Source: an uncultured Rhodobiaceae bacterium (GTDB lineage: Bacteria; Pseudomonadota; Alphaproteobacteria; Rhizobiales; TMED25). Taken from it: a stretch of 64,000 nucleotides of DNA. Location: NCBI GenBank assembly GCA_913045225.1, contig CAJWPC010000001.1:79128-143127 (forward strand). The letters run 5' to 3'. Below the pieces are notes generated by a model. That model saw only the letters and a list, made by a program, of their open reading frames with translations, searched no databases and was not told where the DNA came from. Position 1 is the stretch's first letter; the number at the start of each line of letters is the position of its first letter. Shown in pieces: positions 42,875 to 51,846 of the stretch. Position numbers and translations under genes: made by a program.

Positions 42875-44093
42875 CGTACTTCCTTTTATTTACTGATTGA
42901 ATAGTTTTAATAAATTTCTCGAAAATGGAATAACAATCCTGTGGACCAGGTGATGCCTCTGGATGAAATTGAACTGAAAAAATTGGTTTATCTTTAACTT
43001 CAAAGCCACAATTAGATTGATCAAATAGTGATCGATGTGTTTCCTGAACATTACTCGGTAGGGAATCCATATCTACTGTAAAACCATGATTCATTGATGT
43101 TATCTGAACTTTTTTATTACTCAAATCTTGAACAGGATGATTTGCCCCATGATGTCCAAAAGACATTTTTTTTGTTTCACCCCCCAAAGCAAGAGCTAAT
43201 ATCTGATGGCCTAAGCATATGCCAAATATAGGTATATTTTTGTCAATTATACCTCTAATTAATTCAAGGCTATATGTGGATGTTGCCTCCGGATCTCCGG
43301 GGCCATTGGATAGGAGAACTCCATCTGGATCATATTTCATGATGCTATCTATTTCTGTTTTTGCGGGAAATATTTTGGTTTCACAATCGTATGTATTGAG
43401 CATTCTAATTATATTTGTTTTTATGCCATAATCAATTAGAGCGATCTTTATTTTTGTATGATTATTTTTTCTATATCCTCTATCCCACTCCCATGCTTTC
43501 GAATTTAAATTATAAATACTGCTTGTGGAGGCTTCGGAAGCTAGATCTAAACCTTCCATTTTTTTCACATTTTCTAGTATTTTGAGTAATTTCGGTATAT
43601 CAAATATTCCATCGTGCCGATGTTCTATAAGACAACTCATCATTCCTTCATCTCTAATAAGTTTTGTTACATATCTTGTGTCAATACCAGAAATACCTGT
43701 GATTTTTCTATCCCTCATCCACTCCGAAAGAGTGCTTTCAGATCTATAATTCGATGGTTTTTCATTGTATGAATGCGTTATGATCCCCGATATGTGTATT
43801 TCTTGATCTGGATTCGCGGTTTCATTATCTTCGTTATTTGCTCCAACGTTACCAATATGTGGAAACGTGAAATTAACTATTTGATGAGCGTAGGATGGAT
43901 CTGACATAATTTCTTGATAGCCCGTGATTGATGTATTGAAACAAACCTCACCAGAAGTTATTCCTGTGCTTCCAATTCCAAAACCATATTTAATTAAACC
44001 ATTAGAAAAAAGTAGAACGGCAGTTTTTTTTATTGGTTGCCATCCAGCTGTTTTGTTAGCAGCATTAGCACTTGCTATTTTTGACTCACGCAT
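42858..44093 (-). CDS. carA: Carbamoyl-phosphate synthase small subunit
   Basis: [42 protein letters not shown]. Confidence 0.98.
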   Translation of the reverse strand: MRESKIASANAANKTAGWQPIKKTAVLLFSNGLIKYGFGIGSTGITSGEVCFNTSITGYQEIMSDPSYAHQIVNFTFPHIGNVGANNEDNETANPDQEIHISGIITHSYNEKPSNYRSESTLSEWMRDRKITGISGIDTRYVTKLIRDEGMMSCLIEHRHDGIFDIPKLLKILENVKKMEGLDLASEASTSSIYNLNSKAWEWDRGYRKNNHTKIKIALIDYGIKTNIIRMLNTYDCETKIFPAKTEIDSIMKYDPDGVLLSNGPGDPEATSTYSLELIRGIIDKNIPIFGICLGHQILALALGGETKKMSFGHHGANHPVQDLSNKKVQITSMNHGFTVDMDSLPSNVQETHRSLFDQSNCGFEVKDKPIFSVQFHPEASPGPQDCYSIFEKFIKTIQSVNKRKYGAKKK

Positions 44094-44264
44094 AATATGT
44101 TAGTTTTATGAATATTCGTATAATGTATACATCATTTATTTGTATTATTCTCAAAATTCATTCAATATTTATCACTTTTCCAAGGTAAATTTTATTCATA
44201 AATAAAAAAAAATGAATATAATGGAAAATGTTATAAAATCAGCAAATTCCGAAGAGATAAAATT

Positions 44265-44717
44265 ATGATAAAAGATACTATTAATTCAGAGCTAAAAATT
44301 TCTATGCTCAGCTCAAACAAGGATAAAACATCAACCTTACGCCTTATACTTGCGGCAATAAAAGATCGAGAAATAGCAGCAAGAGAAAAGAAACAGGATA
44401 TTGATGATGCGATTGTTATGGACGTATTGTCTAAGATGGTTAAGCAACGTTTAGAGTCAGCAGATATATACAAAAAAAATAATAGATTGGAATTAGCTGC
44501 CAAAGAAGAGCTTGAGATCGAGGTTATAAGAGAATTCTTGCCAAAACAACTAACCGAGCAGGAAATAAAGGAAATTATTCTTAAACTCATTGAGGAAACA
44601 AACTCATCTTCGATCCGGGATATGGGCAATATTATGGGCACACTAAAATCTAAATACGCTGGACAATTGGACTTTGCTCTCGCAGGAAAATTATTGAAAG
44701 AGCATTTATCGAGTTAG
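44265..44717 (+). CDS. GatB/YqeY domain protein
   Basis: LRLILAAIKD, KQRLES...Y....R.ELA.KE..E, FLPKQL, DMG.IMG. Confidence 0.92.
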   Translation: MIKDTINSELKISMLSSNKDKTSTLRLILAAIKDREIAAREKKQDIDDAIVMDVLSKMVKQRLESADIYKKNNRLELAAKEELEIEVIREFLPKQLTEQEIKEIILKLIEETNSSSIRDMGNIMGTLKSKYAGQLDFALAGKLLKEHLSS

Positions 44718-44736
44718 TTGATTAGGCTGTAAATTT

Positions 44737-46662
44737 ATGAACACACAGAAAACATCTAATAATGTAACCGAAGAGATTAAGTCAAAAATTTCTCTGTCTG
44801 ATATTATTCAGAAGTATGTCACGTGGGATAATAAAAAATCAAATCCAACTCGCGGAAGCTATTGGGCGTGTTGCCCTTTTCATAATGAGAAGACCGCATC
44901 ATTTACTGTAGATAATCACAAAAATACCTATCATTGCTTTGGATGTAATGCTCATGGTGATGCATTTAAATTTCTAATGGATATAGAAAATATAGATTTT
45001 CCAGAAGCATTGAGGAGGCTAGCTGATATATCAGGCGTCAATCTTCCAGAAAAAATTAATTTTGATCCGGTAGAGAAACAAAAAAGAGAAATTATTCAAC
45101 GCATAAATGAAGATGCAAAGAAGTTTTTTATTAATGAATTGATTAAGTCAGAAAACGCGACTGTATTTGATTACCTAATGAAAAGAGGCCTGACAAAGGA
45201 TAATATAGAGCAGTTTGAGATTGGTATAACCGCAAAGCGAGGGGAATTAGTTCGTCATTTGAGCTCTATTGGATATAATGAGAAACAAATATTTGATGCT
45301 GGGCTGTCCGCACAAAATGACGATGGCGAATATTATGAGCGATTTATTAATAGGATCACTTTCCCAATTAATGATAAAAATGGCAGAACAGTTGCATTTG
45401 GTGGTCGAGACTTAACAAATAAAGCACCAGCTAAGTATCTAAACTCACCTGAAACTATCCTATTCCAGAAAAAAAATATTGTTTATAACTATCACAACGC
45501 AAAGAAATTATTAGCAAATGAGTCCCAATTACTTGTCTGTGAAGGCTATTTCGACTGCATAACATTATCTATCAACGGGTTCCGTAAGTCTGTAGCAACA
45601 ATGGGTACAAGTATGTCTGCGGTACAGATACAATTGCTTTGGCAACTCTCAAATCTTCCAATACTTTGTTATGATGGGGATACAGCGGGGGTTAACGCAG
45701 CAAATCGAATAATCGACATTATTTTTCCTATATTAAAACCTGGTTATTCTATGAAATTTATTTTTTTTCCAGATGGTATGGATCCTGATGATTTTTTAAA
45801 AAAACGTGGAAAAAATGAAATGGATAAACTTATTTCTAATGCAACTCCACTTATAGACATATTTTGGGCCCATTTCATTACTTCATCTAATTTTGGAACA
45901 CCTGAAGATAGGGCAAATATTGAAAATCAGCTAAATAAAATGATGGATAGAATTGAGAATGCTGAAGTAAAAAAACAATACAAGCTTGAAATAAGAGACA
46001 GATTAACTGCATATTGGAGGTCGAAAAGTTTTGAGTCAAACCGTGTTTTTTTTAAAACCACTAAGAAAAAACCAAGTGCAAAATTACTACAAAAATATAG
46101 ATCAAATTCTGGAGAGGATGGTATATCGTGGCAAAACTCAATATTCATTTTATCGTTAATCAGGTGTCCAGAATTAGTTGCTGAATTTATGGACGAGATT
46201 AGTCTAGTTGAATTATTGGATGACAGAGTAATTTTACTTAAAGAGAAAATATTTAAATTTGTAATAGAAAATAAAGTTAAAAACGAACAATCGATCTTAT
46301 TAGTTAACCATTTAAAAGATTTAGGATATGCAAGGCTTATGGAAACGATCGAAAGAAACACAAATGAGAAAATACATATTAGTTTATTGGATGATGTAAA
46401 CATTAAAGATGCCAAGGTGAAGTTTAGAAATGTATTAAATGAGCTGGAGAAAAATAGATTGGCTAATGATTTGGAAGCGGCAAAATTATCTTATTTTGAG
46501 AATGCGACGGATATAAATGAGAGTAAAATATATGAATTAAAAAAAGAGCTCGATAATTTAAAGAATCGTGAAAGTCAAGGCCATAAGCAGGAGGCGCATA
46601 TTGAAAAGAAGTTTGACAAATGGTATGAGGAAAATAAATCTAGGCTAGAGAGAAAAAATTAA
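44737..46662 (+). CDS. dnaG: DNA primase
   Basis: CCPFHNEKT.SF zinc finger, CFGC, FGGR, KYLNSPET, EGYFD, CYDGD.AG, DPDD. Confidence 0.97.
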   Translation: MNTQKTSNNVTEEIKSKISLSDIIQKYVTWDNKKSNPTRGSYWACCPFHNEKTASFTVDNHKNTYHCFGCNAHGDAFKFLMDIENIDFPEALRRLADISGVNLPEKINFDPVEKQKREIIQRINEDAKKFFINELIKSENATVFDYLMKRGLTKDNIEQFEIGITAKRGELVRHLSSIGYNEKQIFDAGLSAQNDDGEYYERFINRITFPINDKNGRTVAFGGRDLTNKAPAKYLNSPETILFQKKNIVYNYHNAKKLLANESQLLVCEGYFDCITLSINGFRKSVATMGTSMSAVQIQLLWQLSNLPILCYDGDTAGVNAANRIIDIIFPILKPGYSMKFIFFPDGMDPDDFLKKRGKNEMDKLISNATPLIDIFWAHFITSSNFGTPEDRANIENQLNKMMDRIENAEVKKQYKLEIRDRLTAYWRSKSFESNRVFFKTTKKKPSAKLLQKYRSNSGEDGISWQNSIFILSLIRCPELVAEFMDEISLVELLDDRVILLKEKIFKFVIENKVKNEQSILLVNHLKDLGYARLMETIERNTNEKIHISLLDDVNIKDAKVKFRNVLNELEKNRLANDLEAAKLSYFENATDINESKIYELKKELDNLKNRESQGHKQEAHIEKKFDKWYEENKSRLERKN

Positions 46663-46784
46663 AAGCCATAAATTTAATCGCAAAAAAAATAATTAAAAAT
46701 ACCTAGTAATTAAGGGGTAAATTTATTATATAGAATTAAATAATCTTACTGAAAGAAACACAGTACAAGTAATAGAAAACCAGA

Positions 46785-48755
46785 ATGACACCAAGACCAA
46801 AAAAAAATCAAGATAAACCTGAAGAGATAGTTGAAACCAAGAAAGACTCTCCGCTTATAGATACTTCTGACCGAACAGTAAAAAGCTGGATTAGACTCGG
46901 GAAAAAAAGGGGGTACATAACATACGACGAATTAAATGAGATTTTACCATCAGAAGAGGTTTCATCAGAGCAAATAGAAGATATTATGGCAATGTTTTCT
47001 GATATGGGGATAAACGTAATTGAGAACGAAGAAGCCGACGATCAATTAGGATCTGACTCAGAAGGACAGCTTCCCGCAAAAATCGAACAATCTGGATCAT
47101 CTGGTGCCGATAGATCCGATGACCCTGTCAGAATGTACCTAAAAGAGATGGGCTCTGTTGAGCTTTTATCAAGGGATGGTGAAATTGCAATTGCAAAAAG
47201 AATAGAGGCAGGTAAGGAAGCAATGATGCGTGGTCTGTGCGAGAGCCCACTAACATTTCAAGCAATAATAATTTGGAGAGAGCAGTTAAATGATGGCGAC
47301 GTACTTTTGAGAGATATCATTGACCTAGAAGCGACGTATTCTGGTCCTGATGCGCAAGAAATGCCGAAAATCGATATGATCGATGAAGTAGAAGAACCAG
47401 TCCAAAGTAATCAAGCGGATGGTGAGGATAGCGAAGATCTAGAAAAATCCATAGAAGAAGACCAAGATGACGAAGAAAATGAAAATAATCTTTCACTTGC
47501 GGCAATGGAGTTGGCATTAAAAGACCAAGTCTCGTCAAGATTTAATAAAATTGCAAAAGAATATGCAAGTCTAGAAAAATTAAAAAAATCAATTGAGAAA
47601 AAAAATGCTAATACAAAAAATTTTACTGCATCCGAAGAAAAAAAATATACAAAAATTCGTACAACACTCATTGATGAAGTCAATGCTCTATCGTTAAACG
47701 CAAACAGAATAGAAGCGCTCGTGCATCAGCTATATAATATCAACAAGAGGCTAATGTCCTTAGAAGGAAAGCTAATGAGGTTAGCAGAGAGTTATGGGGT
47801 TGACAGAAGCGAATTTATTAAACAGTACCACAATAATGAACTTGATCCGAACTGGGTTCGTCGGGTATCCAGACTAAGCGCAAAAGGTTGGAAAGACTTT
47901 ACCTCATCTGAAAAGGCTGAGATAAAAAACATAAGAGAAGAAATTTCATCGTTGGCATCTGAGGCGGGTCTGGATGTTAACGAGTTCCGGAATATAGTGC
48001 ATATGGTGCAAAAAGGAGAACGAGAGTCACATTCTGCAAAAAGAGAAATGGTCGAGGCGAACTTAAGGCTAGTTATCTCGATTGCAAAGAAATATACAAA
48101 TCGAGGCCTACAATTTCTGGATCTAATACAGGAAGGAAATATAGGCTTGATGAAAGCTGTAGAAAAATTTGAGTATCGAAGAGGCTATAAATTTTCAACT
48201 TACGCTACATGGTGGATTAGACAGGCAATAACTAGGTCAATTGCAGACCAAGCAAGAACAATTAGAATACCTGTTCACATGATTGAGACGATAAATAAGA
48301 TTGTAAGGACGTCACGACAAATACTCAATGAAATTGGGAGAGAACCAACTCCTGAAGAAATATCTGAAAAACTTGGTATGCCTCTCGATAAAGTCAGAAA
48401 AGTAATGAAGATAGCAAAAGAGCCAATTTCTCTTGAAACGCCGGTAGGTGATGAGGATGATAGTCACCTTGGCGATTTTATTGAAGACAAAAATGTTATT
48501 TTGCCCATTGATGCTGCTATCCACTCAAATTTAAGGGATACCACAACGAGAGTTCTTGCTACTTTAACACCAAGAGAAGAGAGGGTTCTAAGAATGAGGT
48601 TTGGTATTGGTATGAATACAGACCACACTCTTGAAGAGGTTGGTCAACAATTTTCTGTAACGAGAGAGAGAATCCGTCAAATCGAAGCAAAAGCGCTCAG
48701 AAAGCTGAAGCATCCATCAAGAAGCAGAAAGCTTCGAAGCTTTCTTGACAGCTAA
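46785..48755 (+). CDS. rpoD: RNA polymerase primary sigma factor
   Basis: Region 1.1, [52 protein letters not shown]. Confidence 0.99.
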   Translation: MTPRPKKNQDKPEEIVETKKDSPLIDTSDRTVKSWIRLGKKRGYITYDELNEILPSEEVSSEQIEDIMAMFSDMGINVIENEEADDQLGSDSEGQLPAKIEQSGSSGADRSDDPVRMYLKEMGSVELLSRDGEIAIAKRIEAGKEAMMRGLCESPLTFQAIIIWREQLNDGDVLLRDIIDLEATYSGPDAQEMPKIDMIDEVEEPVQSNQADGEDSEDLEKSIEEDQDDEENENNLSLAAMELALKDQVSSRFNKIAKEYASLEKLKKSIEKKNANTKNFTASEEKKYTKIRTTLIDEVNALSLNANRIEALVHQLYNINKRLMSLEGKLMRLAESYGVDRSEFIKQYHNNELDPNWVRRVSRLSAKGWKDFTSSEKAEIKNIREEISSLASEAGLDVNEFRNIVHMVQKGERESHSAKREMVEANLRLVISIAKKYTNRGLQFLDLIQEGNIGLMKAVEKFEYRRGYKFSTYATWWIRQAITRSIADQARTIRIPVHMIETINKIVRTSRQILNEIGREPTPEEISEKLGMPLDKVRKVMKIAKEPISLETPVGDEDDSHLGDFIEDKNVILPIDAAIHSNLRDTTTRVLATLTPREERVLRMRFGIGMNTDHTLEEVGQQFSVTRERIRQIEAKALRKLKHPSRSRKLRSFLDS

Positions 48756-48812
48756 AACCAGTCTCTTTAATATCCGAACACGTAGCTTCACCTATATTCA
48801 CATATTTGTGGC

Positions 48813-48841
48813 TTTACATATCAATAATGTAGTACTATAAA
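48813..48841 (+). promoter_or_regulatory. Sigma70 promoter for the tRNA
   Basis: TTTACA (48813-18), N17, TATAAA (48836-41), ending 7 nt before the tRNA 5' end. Confidence 0.65.
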
Positions 48842-48848
48842 AAAATTA

Positions 48849-48925
48849 GGGCGATTAGCTCAGTTGGTTAGAGCCCTCCGCTCATAACGGAGTGGTCCCA
48901 GGTTCGAGTCCTGGATCGCCCACCA
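48849..48925 (+). tRNA. tRNA with CAT anticodon, most likely tRNA-Ile2 (lysidine)
   Basis: Acceptor GGGCGAT/ATCGCCC, D arm AGCTCAGTTGGTTAGAG, anticodon arm CTCCG-CTCATAA-CGGAG, T arm GGTTCGAGTCC, encoded CCA. Lacks the fMet GGG/CCC stem; sits downstream of rpoD like E. coli ileX. Confidence 0.93.
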
Positions 48926-49053
48926 GTTGAATATTTTTACAGGGTATTGAACGATTGAAAAGAGTTATACTGATTTACTCCAACATATGAGTTACAACTT
49001 CGCTGTCAAATGTGAATCGCGAATAAGCGAATAGAAATAAAAGGAGTTAAATA

Positions 49054-49470
49054 ATGATTGAAAATTTTAATGGTATATTTTTCCTAGTGACACATATTCT
49101 TGTTCTGATAATGATAAGTTTTTATCTTATTCGTATCATATTTGCACCAAGTGGTATTGCTGAAGAGTTTGGTGTGGATAAATCAGGAATTTATATTACA
49201 AGAATATTGGGGACGTTTGTTGCGCCGTTGTTTATTATTGGCGTTTACATCATATTTAGAGACGGTGGACCGACTGGCTGTTGGATCTGGTATGTTACTT
49301 TAGCAACAACATCAATTCTTCAACTTAGTTATGAAAGTTCCTTTTATTTTAAGAAAATTGATACTGCTATTGGTGCAAAAAATAAGTTACTCGATGTGAT
49401 CGTATCCGCTATTTTTACGATAATATCAGTTGTCCTCATTCTGGGTTTATCAGATAAAATATATTTATAG
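49054..49470 (+). CDS. Hypothetical 4-TM membrane protein
   Basis: Strong AAGGAG RBS; four hydrophobic segments; family not recognised. Confidence 0.75.
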   Translation: MIENFNGIFFLVTHILVLIMISFYLIRIIFAPSGIAEEFGVDKSGIYITRILGTFVAPLFIIGVYIIFRDGGPTGCWIWYVTLATTSILQLSYESSFYFKKIDTAIGAKNKLLDVIVSAIFTIISVVLILGLSDKIYL

Positions 49471-49508
49471 TATTTCCTATTTTTTTTCACAAATGAGATT
49501 GCATTAGT

Positions 49509-49564
49509 CTCTATTTCTGTGTTAAATAGAGTGATTATTAAAACATTACATCAGTATTGTAATG
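49509..49564. promoter_or_regulatory. Two tandem inverted repeats, candidate operators of the M24 operon
   Basis: CTCTATTT-N7-AAATAGAG (49509-49531) and CATTACA-N7-TGTAATG (49544-49564). Confidence 0.5.
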
Positions 49565-49595
49565 ATGTGTAAGAAGTTAAAAAGGGGTATGAATA

Positions 49596-50942
49596 ATGAA
49601 ACCAGTGGATCCTACTAAGGGTTATGAGCTAGATACTAGCTTTATTCAAGAGCAGCACCATACAAATCCGAGAAGACTATACAGTCAAACTGGTGCAGAT
49701 TGGCAATATCGTGTTGATCACGAAAGACTAAGAAGGCAGAGATTAGAGCGAATTAGAGCCGAAATGGAAGCGGATGATCTGGGAGCGCTTGTTGTGTTTC
49801 AAGGCGCTAATGTACGATATATAACAGGTTCCTACCAAGGAAATTGGAAATATAACATTAACATTAGGTATGCTGTGCTACCTCGTGGCGGCGATCCAGT
49901 CCTGTTTGAAACAGCTGGTTCGGATATGAGAAATGCTCACTTAGACCTACCTTGGTTGGGTGAAGAAAATATTAGACCCGCTATGACATGGCAGTGGGCT
50001 GAAGGTGCTGTTGGTGAAATGGCTGACAAAATGGTCGCAACCGTAAAGCAAGTTTTAGTTGATAACGGTGTTGACAAAGAAAAGATTGGTGTTGACCAGT
50101 TAGATATGCCTGCACTTCATGCAATGGAAAAAGCTGGCATTAAAATTGTAAATGGCTGGCCAGCAATGTCACGTGCAAGAGTTGTGAAAACAATAGACGA
50201 AATCGAGCATTTAAAGATGTCATCATCAATTGGTGATGCGGCAATGTGGCATGTTAAGCATGAGTGGTTAAAACCAGGTATAACAGAACGTCAAATCGAA
50301 GCAAAAGTACACGACTTTATGCTGTCACGTGGATGTGAAATTATTTATGACATCATTGTTGCGTCCGGTGGTAATACAAGCCCATACAGAAGATGGGCAA
50401 CTGACAAACTGATTCAACAAGGCGATCTACTAATTGTTGATATTAACGCAGTTGGCCCCGGTGGTTACTTTATTGACTATGTTCGAACATTCAAATGTGG
50501 CTCGAAAATGAGTCAGCAAGAAATTGACCTATATCGTGAAACATATGACTCAATGTATGCAGGGCTAGAAAACCTTAGACCTGGAAAAACTTCAGCAGAT
50601 GTTGTATCAAAATTCCCAGAGTATGATGATGATAAGTACGGTACTGTCACACTTCAACAGTTTGCTCACTCAATAGGTATCACACTATATGAAGGGATGT
50701 GGATGAGTAGGGCTTACTCACTAAAATATCCTGCGGAAATAAAGGAAAATATGTATTTTGCTATTGAGACTTTTGCTGGACATCCAGGCCTTCCTCAAAC
50801 TTGTAGGTTAGAGGAAAATGTTCTGGTCACAAAAGATGGACCATCTGTATTTACTAAAATGGAGCATATGGAAGAGGCCGTCGCGGGATACAGACCAGGC
50901 GAATTCCATCATGCAGAGATTTTTGGATACCCTCAAAAATAA
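49596..50942 (+). CDS. M24B-fold metalloenzyme (Xaa-Pro peptidase family, DddP-like architecture)
   Basis: Creatinase-N domain (NVRYITG), RVVKT.DEI; metal ligands D (VDINA), D (FIDYVRT), H (FAHSIG), E (FAIET), E (RLEEN). Confidence 0.9.
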   Translation: MKPVDPTKGYELDTSFIQEQHHTNPRRLYSQTGADWQYRVDHERLRRQRLERIRAEMEADDLGALVVFQGANVRYITGSYQGNWKYNINIRYAVLPRGGDPVLFETAGSDMRNAHLDLPWLGEENIRPAMTWQWAEGAVGEMADKMVATVKQVLVDNGVDKEKIGVDQLDMPALHAMEKAGIKIVNGWPAMSRARVVKTIDEIEHLKMSSSIGDAAMWHVKHEWLKPGITERQIEAKVHDFMLSRGCEIIYDIIVASGGNTSPYRRWATDKLIQQGDLLIVDINAVGPGGYFIDYVRTFKCGSKMSQQEIDLYRETYDSMYAGLENLRPGKTSADVVSKFPEYDDDKYGTVTLQQFAHSIGITLYEGMWMSRAYSLKYPAEIKENMYFAIETFAGHPGLPQTCRLEENVLVTKDGPSVFTKMEHMEEAVAGYRPGEFHHAEIFGYPQK

Positions 50943-50952
50943 ATATAATATA

Positions 50953-50980
50953 AACCTCGGGGCTTTACTGCCTCGAGGTT
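50953..50980 (+). other. Intercistronic 11-bp RNA hairpin
   Basis: AACCTCGGGGC-tttact-GCCTCGAGGTT (one G-U pair); no U tail on the + strand. Confidence 0.7.
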
Positions 50981-51034
50981 CACACCATATAAAGGCAAAC
51001 TTTTGTGTATTATAAGTTTGAAAAAAATCGCTCA

Positions 51035-51820
51035 ATGATTTTTAATCCATTAATAATTGTTGCGTCTGAACTCGGTATAAGAGATTTATCATCAGAGCCT
51101 CCAAAGCCTAAAGAACAAGTCAAGGCAATGGTTACTGCTTTTCGAAAAGTCAATGACTCAGGTATTGGTAGTGTAATAGTTGATGGTGTATCAGACGAAC
51201 AAGTGACCGAGCTCGAGGGAAATGGAGCTTACACTGTTAAAACTGATATGTCTGAATTTGGAAAAGACCACAATTATCGTTCGAAATCGGGGGCTGAACG
51301 CATAGCGGCAACAGTTAATAAATTTGATCGATATTACACACATGATATTGTTGTAGCTGTGCCTGATGATATGCCCGAGCTAAAGCCATATTATATGCAA
51401 GCACTCATGTATGCACTTTCAGATAGTGATGTCGGTATTGCTACAATGGTCTCGCCGTTAACTGATGAAGAGCGATATGATAATGAAGTGGTCAAGGCAA
51501 GGGTTGATTGGAACTCTGACAGAATCGTCTATCCTTTAGAAGGATCAAAAGTCGGCACTTTAAAGGATATTAGGAGAAATATTGATGACTTTGATACTGA
51601 CGATGTATATAAGCTTGTTCCCATACATGCGTGGAGGAGGGGTCCATTAGATAAACTAATTGAGCTGCCACCATCAGACCGTGAATTTGAAGAAGGAACG
51701 GACCTTGTTCGAGCCTTAGATGCTGGCATGAGGATTGATGTCACATTTGTAACTGACAATATGAAGGTATTGATTACACCAGAAGAATTAGATGAAGCCG
51801 CATATGAAATTGAAGGATAG
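51035..51820 (+). CDS. KdsB (CMP-Kdo synthetase)-like protein with degenerate active site
   Basis: SGAERI, DIVVAVPDDMP, GIATMV, EVVKA, AWRRGPL, LPPS..E, RALDAGMRIDV and ITPEEL follow the alphaproteobacterial KdsB scaffold; start reassigned to ATG 51035. Confidence 0.8.
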   Translation: MIFNPLIIVASELGIRDLSSEPPKPKEQVKAMVTAFRKVNDSGIGSVIVDGVSDEQVTELEGNGAYTVKTDMSEFGKDHNYRSKSGAERIAATVNKFDRYYTHDIVVAVPDDMPELKPYYMQALMYALSDSDVGIATMVSPLTDEERYDNEVVKARVDWNSDRIVYPLEGSKVGTLKDIRRNIDDFDTDDVYKLVPIHAWRRGPLDKLIELPPSDREFEEGTDLVRALDAGMRIDVTFVTDNMKVLITPEELDEAAYEIEG

Positions 51821-51846
51821 TCTGTTGCTTCAAAATGAGGTTTAAA

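Noticed and set aside
44212-44268. 18-codon upstream ORF overlapping the yqeY start (ATGA)
   Set aside because: No RBS and no regulatory codon bias; likely chance.
48726-48745. Perfect 20-bp palindrome AGAAAGCTTCGAAGCTTTCT at the rpoD 3' end
   Set aside because: It encodes the conserved RKLRSF peptide and has no U tail; probably a codon coincidence, though a weak pause role cannot be excluded.
49596-50942. Calling the M24 protein DddP (DMSP lyase)
   Set aside because: Architecture is similar, but the DddP catalytic loop (HGVGLCDEW) and other DddP-specific residues are not present, so no gene symbol was assigned.
51035-51820. Calling this gene kdsB or a pseudogene
   Set aside because: Catalytic motifs are lost, so it is not a credible CMP-Kdo synthetase; the ORF is full length with no stops or frameshifts, so it is not clearly a pseudogene either.
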